From Minisyncoccia bacterium (lineage in GTDB: Bacteria; Patescibacteriota; Minisyncoccia; Phycocordibacterales; UBA918): a DNA stretch of 64,000 nucleotides. This document shows, in pieces, positions 32,262 through 39,168 of the stretch. The notes under the pieces are model-generated. The model had not been told where the DNA came from, did not search any database, and saw only the letters and a list, made by a program, of their open reading frames with translations. The DNA is taken from assembly GCA_964229335.1 (NCBI GenBank), contig CAXRCZ010000004.1, positions 64,001-128,000 on the forward strand. The letters run 5' to 3'. Positions within the stretch are counted from its first letter, which is position 1, and the number at the start of each line of letters is the position of its first letter. A program made the position numbers and the translations under genes.

Positions 32262-32828
32262 ATGACTACCTCGAGAAAACACAAGATTGAACTAACGATA
32301 GGAATTTTGTTGTTGTTAGGGCTAGCTCTACTAACTTACTCTGTGGGTACAGACAGGATTGTTAGTTTTATCGGAGTAGAAAATACCTACGTAGTGATGT
32401 TTGTAATTGCTCTGGTGGGCGGCATGACCCTTATCGGCGGCGTTTCCTACACAGCTAGTATCTTAACTTTCGTGAGCGGTGGAGCCGACCCTTTATTGGT
32501 TGGAATATTAGCTGGATTGGGTACTTCGGTCGGGGATAGTGCATACTTTTTAGTCAGTCGTCGCGGACACCAGACGCTTTCAGACGGCTGGTTAAAAAAT
32601 AAAATCACTCAAGTTAAACATTGGCTCTCTACACACTCAGATCGTCTTAAGTTCTTATTTATCTATCTCTATATTGGCTTTACACCGCTACCGAATGATC
32701 CAGTCACTATTTCTCTTGGGTTAAGCGGAGAAAAAGCCAAGCTGGTCCTACCAGCCCTTATACTAGGCGATGTTACGTTAGCGCTCATCTTGTCATTCTT
32801 TGGCAATGAGCTTAGTTCTTTATTATAA
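32262..32828 (+). CDS. Membrane protein, DedA/VTT-like
   Basis: Multiple TM helices, G-S-VGD..YF..R, FTPLPND. Confidence 0.65.
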   Translation: MTTSRKHKIELTIGILLLLGLALLTYSVGTDRIVSFIGVENTYVVMFVIALVGGMTLIGGVSYTASILTFVSGGADPLLVGILAGLGTSVGDSAYFLVSRRGHQTLSDGWLKNKITQVKHWLSTHSDRLKFLFIYLYIGFTPLPNDPVTISLGLSGEKAKLVLPALILGDVTLALILSFFGNELSSLL

Positions 32829-32853
32829 TGAAAGTAAGATAAGTAAATAAAAT

Positions 32854-33168
32854 ATGATAACCACCACCACTGAAACTATTCCTAACCGTGAAGTCACTGA
32901 AGTGCTCGGTATTGTGCGAGGGAGTACTGTACGTTCACGAAACGTCGGACGCGATATTACTGCAGTAATCAAACATTTGATTGGCGGCGAAATAAGTGAG
33001 TACACCAAGCTACAGGCCTATGCTCGAGAACAAGCGCTGCAACGTATGCAAGAAGATGCCGAGAAACTCGGGGCTGACGCTATTGTAAACGTTAGAATTA
33101 CTACTGCTATGGTCACCACTGGTGCCGCCGAGATACTAGCCTATGGTACCGCTGTTAAATTGAGCTAG
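32854..33168 (+). CDS. YbjQ family (UPF0145) protein
   Basis: MITTTTETIP...LGIVRG, GGEISEY, GADAIVNVR, AYGTAV. Confidence 0.92.
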   Translation: MITTTTETIPNREVTEVLGIVRGSTVRSRNVGRDITAVIKHLIGGEISEYTKLQAYAREQALQRMQEDAEKLGADAIVNVRITTAMVTTGAAEILAYGTAVKLS

Positions 33169-33169
33169 T

Positions 33170-33277
33170 ATGGAAGACATTATTGTGGCAGTTGTGTTTG
33201 TCGGATTACTTGGCTACTTTTGCTACCGCCGCTGGCAAGCGGCCAAAAAAGAAACTTTCGAAAAGCGAGATAACTAA
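33170..33277 (+). CDS. Small single-TM protein, 35 aa
   Basis: MEDIIVAVVFVGLLGYFCYRRWQAAKKETFEKRDN; starts 1 nt after the YbjQ stop. Confidence 0.65.
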   Translation: MEDIIVAVVFVGLLGYFCYRRWQAAKKETFEKRDN

Positions 33278-33335
33278 CATATTGAATTTATTCTCAAAAC
33301 CGGTACAATGCCTGCACTCGTTTTGACGAGTAAAT

Positions 33336-33489
33336 ATTTTCTAAGATAGCGGAGCGGTAGAGTGAGAAAGTCTGGGAGACTTTCGCAAGAGGTTGCCAGC
33401 TCGCAAGAGCGACAACCTGAACAGCTTCTGTAAGAAGTCCGGCGTAGCCGGATGCTCACATGAAGATTGTACGGAGTTATCTGGAAAAA
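33336..33489 (+). ncRNA. Putative structured non-coding RNA of unknown family
   Basis: Closing stem, GTGAG/CTCAC stem and four internal hairpins; TACAAT at 33304; no credible ORF. Confidence 0.55.
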
Positions 33490-33505
33490 TTACAATTAAA
33501 TATAT

Positions 33506-33577
33506 TCCGCGATAGCTCAGCGGTAGAGCATCCGGCTGTTAACCGGCAGGTCGTAGGTTCGAATCCTACTCGCGGAG
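33506..33577 (+). tRNA. tRNA-Asn (GTT)
   Basis: Acceptor TCCGCGA/TCGCGGA, D arm GCTC/GAGC, anticodon loop CT-GTT-AA, T arm GGTTCGAATCC; CCA not encoded. Confidence 0.97.
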
Positions 33578-33650
33578 CAAACGATTTTAGCTAGATATAA
33601 CAACACATTAAAGTTCGAATCCTGTCGAGTTTTTTTGTTATACTCAGAAA

Positions 33651-34139
33651 ATGGAAAAAGAAGTAGTGTGGGTGTTTGGTACTAGTGCCTCTGGGAAAGA
33701 AACTTATATAAACGGAATAGTAGAAGAAGGCAAACACGCCGATAAATTCGAGTACCACGATAAGAAGATAGCTTTCGCCAAATCAAGTATAGAAAATATT
33801 GGTCACTTCGATAATGATCCAATTCTACAGAAACGAACCGAGATAATTGAAGAAGTCAAGAATTTACTAAGAAACAATGATGTTGTGCTAATCAAATGGC
33901 AATTTACAGATTCCGAGGCGGGTAGAGTAGAGGCGCTAAAGACTAGATTTCCAGATGCTAAACATAAAATCGTTGTTCTAGAGACTTCTGATGCAGATTT
34001 GTCTGAAAGGTTGCGAAAAAAGCCGTGGTGGACTGAAGGGGATGATACTCAAAAATGGATTGATGAAGAACGGGAGTTGCTTGCAAAGGAATTAAAGAAA
34101 TATAATGATTTTGAAAAAATCATTCTGAATTTAACGTAA
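33651..34139 (+). CDS. P-loop nucleotide-kinase-like hypothetical protein
   Basis: N-terminal VWVFGTSASGKET Walker-A-like motif; AT-rich. Confidence 0.65.
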   Translation: MEKEVVWVFGTSASGKETYINGIVEEGKHADKFEYHDKKIAFAKSSIENIGHFDNDPILQKRTEIIEEVKNLLRNNDVVLIKWQFTDSEAGRVEALKTRFPDAKHKIVVLETSDADLSERLRKKPWWTEGDDTQKWIDEERELLAKELKKYNDFEKIILNLT

Positions 34140-34249
34140 TAAAAATTCAAACATCATCCCACAAGCGGAGCTGAAACCAAGTGTATTAGTTGACACAATC
34201 TGTTTTTTATTATAAATTAAATTTATAAATTGTTCTTAAGGAGGGTTGA

Positions 34250-34579
34250 ATGGATGACCAACTGGTTGAAGCTAAGACTGGTGCAAAGGAGAAACGGACT
34301 CTGCAGAAGCCAAAGGAGGTAAAGATCTTACTTTCCGTGTGCAATTGCTTTAGTGATGAAAAGCTAACTCTGATAACCGCACGCGCAGAAGAAATCGCTG
34401 GTATTCTCAACATTACAATGGAAGAATTGGAAGATCACGCTATTCGCGCGATGTTTACTGTTGAGCCGCAACTGGTCGCCTGCTGTAAGCAGGTGGAAAT
34501 CGCTGAGATCGTGTTGGAAAAACTTAATCAGCACACACCTTTCATATCAAGACCATGCCACTGGTTCGATTTAGGTTAA
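34250..34579 (+). CDS. Hypothetical protein
   Basis: AAGGAGG SD, TTGACA upstream at 34190, hairpin downstream. Confidence 0.7.
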   Translation: MDDQLVEAKTGAKEKRTLQKPKEVKILLSVCNCFSDEKLTLITARAEEIAGILNITMEELEDHAIRAMFTVEPQLVACCKQVEIAEIVLEKLNQHTPFISRPCHWFDLG

Positions 34580-34582
34580 CCG

Positions 34583-34644
34583 AGCCGCACGTCACACATA
34601 GGGGGAAGACATTGTTGAATTCTTTCCCCGCGTGTGGCTTTTTT
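34583..34644 (+). terminator. Hairpin/terminator after the 34250 gene
   Basis: AGCCGCACG...GGGGAAGA...TCTTTCCCC-GCGTGTGGCT-TTTTT. Confidence 0.55.
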
Positions 34645-34745
34645 CATTTACATAAAAAAGTTCGCACCACAAGAGTATTTCCATTTTTATATTCATTCCA
34701 TTTATTAAAAATTAGGTCAACATCATATCGTAAGGAGCAATATAC

Positions 34746-34773
34746 TTGACAAAAAGTACAATTCGTGTATACT
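34746..34773 (+). promoter_or_regulatory. Near-consensus sigma70 promoter
   Basis: TTGACA-16 nt-TATACT. Confidence 0.7.
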
Positions 34774-34832
34774 ATAAGTAGTATTTAGTTTTTTCATGTG
34801 TAGCACCTTTGTTGGGCAATTGGGCCTGACTC

Positions 34833-34900
34833 AAACCGGATGATGATTCTTTCTATATCGGCCTGCTACGGCCGATATAGAAAGAATCTACCGGTTTTTT
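34833..34900 (+). terminator. Long hairpin with T-tract upstream of rplY
   Basis: Perfect 19-bp stem 34845-63/34870-88, extended by AAACCGG/CCGGTTT. Confidence 0.7.
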
Positions 34901-34941
34901 CTTTTATTTATAAAACGCTGTATTTATGCTATATTCAGCCT

Positions 34942-35574
34942 ATGAGCTATACATTTAAAGTAGAAAAAAGAGAAGATAAACTTAAAGACGACAGTCTGTG
35001 CATGGGAGTAGTTTCGTCGGGAAAGATGGAATCTGTACCATTGCAGTTCGATTTACGTGAGTTTAAAAAACTGTATGCAGAAGCGGGTCAAAACAGCATC
35101 ATCACCCTTGAAGGGCTGGATGAGCCAGTTGAGGTAACAATTCAATATGTTGATTTGGCACCGGTTACCAGTGAAGTGCATCACGTCGAATTTCATGCAC
35201 TTGAACGTGGGGTAGAAATGGAAGCAGATATCCCACTCACACTTGCTGGTGAAGCACCGGCTGCCAAACAAGACGCTGTAATAAACCAAGTATTAGATAC
35301 TGTAAGTATTACTTGTCGTCCAAAAGATCTCATCCAGGAGATTGAGGTCGATATGACTTTGTTGAAAGAAGTAGGTGACACAATAAGAGTAAAAGATCTG
35401 ACCGTTCCTTCAACTATCAAGATTACTGATGATCCAGAAACGGTAGTGGTAAATGCATCAGAACCTGCTGCGGAAGAAGAGCCAGAGCCAGCTGAAGAAG
35501 TATCAGAACCAGAATTGGTTGATCAAAAGAACGAGGGTGGCGAAGAAGAAGCTGCGGAAGAAACCGAGGAATAG
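34942..35574 (+). CDS. rplY: 50S ribosomal protein L25/Ctc (long form, acidic tail)
   Basis: HHVEFHA, IPLTL.GEAPA, CRPKDL..EIEVDM..L..VGD.I.V.DL. Confidence 0.9.
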   Translation: MSYTFKVEKREDKLKDDSLCMGVVSSGKMESVPLQFDLREFKKLYAEAGQNSIITLEGLDEPVEVTIQYVDLAPVTSEVHHVEFHALERGVEMEADIPLTLAGEAPAAKQDAVINQVLDTVSITCRPKDLIQEIEVDMTLLKEVGDTIRVKDLTVPSTIKITDDPETVVVNASEPAAEEEPEPAEEVSEPELVDQKNEGGEEEAAEETEE

Positions 35575-35746
35575 TCACTTAGTAGCCCTAAAATGTAAGA
35601 GTAAAGGAATAAAAATCTTTACTTTACAACGAACCTGTTATATTATGCGGGCAATCAAATTTCACAAAGGGGGATCTTAACAAGATAATCTAGGTGGTTT
35701 GAGTGGTAGCTTCGGCTACAAGATTATTTAGTTTTAAGTTCCAAAG

Positions 35747-35947
35747 ATGCAAACAGGAAAAATTGCTCGTTTGACTGACAAAGGCTTCGGCTTCATCAGT
35801 CGCGACGGGGAAGAGAAAGATCTTTTCTTCCACGCCAACGAACTAGTAGGAATCGACTACGATTCACTACAAGAAGGAGACGAAGTTTCATTTGAAGTCG
35901 GAGAAGGTCCAAAAGGTCCTAATGCGGTTCAAGTAAGCAAAATCTAA
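35747..35947 (+). CDS. cspA: Cold-shock protein
   Basis: KGFGFI (RNP1), LFFHA (RNP2), GPKGPNA. Confidence 0.93.
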   Translation: MQTGKIARLTDKGFGFISRDGEEKDLFFHANELVGIDYDSLQEGDEVSFEVGEGPKGPNAVQVSKI

Positions 35948-35954
35948 GTCAAAC

Positions 35955-35984
35955 ACAAAACCGGCGCCTAGGCGCCGGTTTTGT
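35955..35984 (+). terminator. Terminator after csp (perfect 30-bp palindrome)
   Basis: ACAAAACCGGCGCCT|AGGCGCCGGTTTTGT. Confidence 0.8.
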
Positions 35985-36042
35985 TATATATGTTCTCCAC
36001 TAGAGAACGCTAATTAAAAAGTAAAGACGGTATAATTTTGAT

Positions 36043-36612
36043 ATGCATTCCAAAAAGCGTCGAGGTGGAATCAAGAAGTTTTTTATTATCTTGCTGATAG
36101 TGCTAGGGTACTTCGCTTTTTCGGTGGCTCAGTATGGTGTAGAAGACGGAGTCTTGGTCACAGCTCTTACTTGGGCGTTCTTTGTGTTTTGTACTCCGAT
36201 TGCTGACGCCGCGATTTTGCTAGACTTTCCAATCCGATTGGTAACAGGGATAAAAATGGCCTACGCTGAAATCCTCGTCTGGGGTTTAGCGATAATCTTC
36301 ACCGCAGTAGCTTTTGTTGTATCGCCAGAAATATATACCACCACGCCATTGCTGGTATTGTTTTACGATATTCTGACCACCCCATGGCCGCTGTGGGGAA
36401 TAATTATTTTTTCTGTGATTGGCACCTATTTCTCAATTTATCTGGGTGACGATGTGCTTGATATCACCACCAACCCCAATCATGCGGCAGTGTATCGCCG
36501 TAAAAAGTCTCATATATTAATAGCAGTGGTCGCTTTAGGGTTGTCGATTATTGGATATGCAGCTGTGATAGCGACTACTCAAACATTTATACCTTTTAAC
36601 TTTATTTATTAG
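36043..36612 (+). CDS. Multi-pass membrane hypothetical protein
   Basis: About five TM helices, WAFFVFCTPIADA motif; ATG 6 nt after TATAAT. Confidence 0.8.
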   Translation: MHSKKRRGGIKKFFIILLIVLGYFAFSVAQYGVEDGVLVTALTWAFFVFCTPIADAAILLDFPIRLVTGIKMAYAEILVWGLAIIFTAVAFVVSPEIYTTTPLLVLFYDILTTPWPLWGIIIFSVIGTYFSIYLGDDVLDITTNPNHAAVYRRKKSHILIAVVALGLSIIGYAAVIATTQTFIPFNFIY

Positions 36613-36631
36613 ACTATACAATTAAAAAATA

Positions 36632-36970
36632 ATGAAGATTATGGCAATCAACGAAACATCTCTGAAAAGAATAGAATCAATTGCAAATATAATGGACTCT
36701 CGATTTTCTATACTTGGATTTTCTTTTGGGTTGGATGGGCTGATTGGTTTATTGCCGGTGGCTGGTGATACGGTAGGAGGGTTGGTTTCTGTCTATCTGG
36801 TAGTAGAAGCGTATCGGGCTGGTGCTTCAAGCCATCTTGTCAGTCGCATGCTGATAAATGTTCTAATTGACGTCTTTATAGGGTCTATTCCGGTAATTGG
36901 AGACATTTTTGACTTCTTCTTCAAGGTAAACAATCGAAATCTTAAAATGTTGAAGGCACATATTGGATAA
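36632..36970 (+). CDS. DUF4112-type membrane protein
   Basis: MDSRF...FGLDGLIGLLPVAGD and GSIPVIGDIFDFFFKVN.RN. Confidence 0.85.
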   Translation: MKIMAINETSLKRIESIANIMDSRFSILGFSFGLDGLIGLLPVAGDTVGGLVSVYLVVEAYRAGASSHLVSRMLINVLIDVFIGSIPVIGDIFDFFFKVNNRNLKMLKAHIG

Positions 36971-37042
36971 AAAAGTACTGAATTTTCACATCTATCATCA
37001 AGCGTAGTATAATAGGAATGTTAACCAATAAAATTGCTCATT

Positions 37043-37351
37043 ATGCTTACCCTATATATCAAAGAAGGTTGTCCATTCTGCCAACGAGTCCTACAAATGG
37101 TTGATAATTTAAAGATTGATCTCGAGACAAAAGACATTAGCGAAGACGAGACCGCTCGCGAAGAGTTGCTGGAAAAGGGTGGTCAGCAACAAGTACCGTT
37201 TTTGGTAGACACAGAAAAAGATACCACCATGTACGAATCAAGTGACATTATTGATTACCTCCGCACAAACTACGCTAATACTGGAGATTCTACAGCCACC
37301 AAACCACGGGTGCATGTTGGAGGTTCGACGTGTGAATCTTGCGAAGGGTAG
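37043..37351 (+). CDS. Glutaredoxin-like protein with C-terminal CxxC tail
   Basis: CPFC, QVPFL, MYESSDII; ends in TCESCEG. Confidence 0.88.
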   Translation: MLTLYIKEGCPFCQRVLQMVDNLKIDLETKDISEDETAREELLEKGGQQQVPFLVDTEKDTTMYESSDIIDYLRTNYANTGDSTATKPRVHVGGSTCESCEG

Positions 37352-37396
37352 TCTTATCGCCCTGCTAACACCTATTAGTCGTTAACTTAGTTTGCT

Positions 37397-37753
37397 ATGG
37401 TAAATTTCACCTATAAATACAACGATAACGAAGAAGCCAAGAAATTGACTCCAATGATGGAGCAGAAATTAATAATCCTTCAAAAATTCATAGACGATGG
37501 GTCTTCTGTACTATGCGAAGTAGAATTTGAAAAAGTCGCTCCGCAAAGCTCAGGAGATATTTATCGAGTGGAGGTAAACGCCACTATTGACGGAACTATG
37601 TATCGAGCCGAAGCGATTGAAAGTAATTTTGAAAAAGCGATTGATGAAGTTCGAAATGAGCTGGATAAAGAATTACGGCGTGCCAAGGGCAAGCGTAAAT
37701 CACGCTTCATGAAAGCAGCTAGAAAAATAAAAAGTAACTTTACCCGCCGTTAG
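37397..37753 (+). CDS. hpf: Ribosome hibernation factor HPF/RaiA family
   Basis: YRVEVN...YRAEA...AIDEV..EL.KELRRAK. Confidence 0.8.
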   Translation: MVNFTYKYNDNEEAKKLTPMMEQKLIILQKFIDDGSSVLCEVEFEKVAPQSSGDIYRVEVNATIDGTMYRAEAIESNFEKAIDEVRNELDKELRRAKGKRKSRFMKAARKIKSNFTRR

Positions 37754-38624
37754 TACCGGCCAAGTAGGAGTCAAATTCCATTTCCGATTTGCCGGCCGGC
37801 ACCACTCTCTCTATAAGTAATTGTCCGTTATCTGTAAGGGTAGCGGATTTTACTTTTACCCGAGTATCGTTGTAAACAAAAAAGGCATCACCAATACCAG
37901 CCCAGGCGTATATTTTGTGCAACGTGTTAACGGCTTCGTCTCCCGTGGGTAATTTATAAGGATTAATATCTATTTGGTTGTTTGGTTTTTGGAATTTTTT
38001 AGTGTAGGTGGCCGACTCGTGCTCTTGTTCCACTGGAAGAATGTCTCCACTGAGCCACTGCGGTATAGTCTCAGTCAGTAGCGTAGCGCCTGCCTTTGCC
38101 AGTAACGAATCTAGTGCTGGACCTGTAAGTGGCCACAGCTTTGTGATATCGAATTTTTCTTGTGCTAGTAATGGACCATGATCCATTTTTTCATCCATCA
38201 GCATAATACTTACTCCGACGTACTCTGGAGTGTTGTCGAGAATAGCTGTTCTGATTGGGCTCGGTCCACGTAATTTTGGAAGTAGGGAAGGGTGAACATT
38301 TATCGTTCCATGACGAGGAAGGGTAATAAGCCAGCTTGGCAGTATCGAGTTGTATGCCACTACTATAAATAAATCCCAATCTGATTGAGAGAGTTCAATG
38401 ACATCTTCAGGATTTTTATAAGATGTAGGTTGCAGTGTTGGTACGGAATGTTTTTCTCCCCAGATTTTTACAGCGGGTGCGGTCATTTTTAGACCACGAC
38501 CAGTTGGTCTATCTGGGCTACACACAATCAAATCAGGTTTGATACCCACTTCTAGCAGTACTTCCAGTGTCGGCACACCTAGCGGTTCACCTCCAAAGAA
38601 AACAATTTTATTCGGTTGCTTCAT
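37740..38624 (-). CDS. fmt: Methionyl-tRNA formyltransferase
   Basis: PDRPTGRG, INVHPSLLPKLRGPSPI, MDHGP; downstream of def. Confidence 0.95.
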   Translation of the reverse strand: MKQPNKIVFFGGEPLGVPTLEVLLEVGIKPDLIVCSPDRPTGRGLKMTAPAVKIWGEKHSVPTLQPTSYKNPEDVIELSQSDWDLFIVVAYNSILPSWLITLPRHGTINVHPSLLPKLRGPSPIRTAILDNTPEYVGVSIMLMDEKMDHGPLLAQEKFDITKLWPLTGPALDSLLAKAGATLLTETIPQWLSGDILPVEQEHESATYTKKFQKPNNQIDINPYKLPTGDEAVNTLHKIYAWAGIGDAFFVYNDTRVKVKSATLTDNGQLLIERVVPAGKSEMEFDSYLAGTNGG

Positions 38625-39138
38625 GTAAATCTTGTGGCTTTTTATCAACTGGCCATGTCTTTTCGGCGCGGTCAATAAAGAGAATTCCATCTAGGTGGTC
38701 ACACTCATGTTGAATAATTTGTGCCAGCAAGCCTCCAGCTCCGCGGGTGTATTCTTGGCCATTTTCGTCTAGTGCTCTAAGAGTTACATTAGTGTGGCGT
38801 CTTACTAATCCATAGTGAGAAGGTACTGATAAGCAGCCTTCACCAACCTCGTGAGTTTTCTTCGACGTTTTGACAATTTTTGGATTGATAGCTACTAGTG
38901 TCGGAAATCGTTCTTCCTTACTATCACTTTGGTCCTCAATTAGAAACATTCTTTTCGCTACTCCTACTTGAGGAGCAGCAATAGCGACGGCTGCAAAGCC
39001 ATCGACATTGTAATCTTTGATTGCTGTCCGTAGACCCTTTAATAATTTAGATACAGTACCGTTAGAAAAATCTTCCTGACTTAGCTCTTCAGATATAGTA
39101 TGTAGCGCTGGATGATCTTGAGAAACTAGCTTTTTCAT
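38608..39138 (-). CDS. def: Peptide deformylase
   Basis: AIAAPQVG, EGCLS, QHECDHLDG. Confidence 0.96.
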   Translation of the reverse strand: MKKLVSQDHPALHTISEELSQEDFSNGTVSKLLKGLRTAIKDYNVDGFAAVAIAAPQVGVAKRMFLIEDQSDSKEERFPTLVAINPKIVKTSKKTHEVGEGCLSVPSHYGLVRRHTNVTLRALDENGQEYTRGAGGLLAQIIQHECDHLDGILFIDRAEKTWPVDKKPQDLHEATE

Positions 39139-39168
39139 AATGTGGACTATAGCAAAAAAAGGTCTACT

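Noticed and set aside
33362-33482. RNase P RNA, suggested by GAGAAAGTCTGGG resembling GAGGAAAGUCCGGG
   Set aside because: Far too short, the motif is sequestered in a local hairpin, and there is no proper 3' P4 partner (ACAGAA...CGGCUUA)
33340-33487. A second tRNA (Pro-GGG)
   Set aside because: The D stem does not pair, there is no TTCGA T arm, and the acceptor stem is irregular
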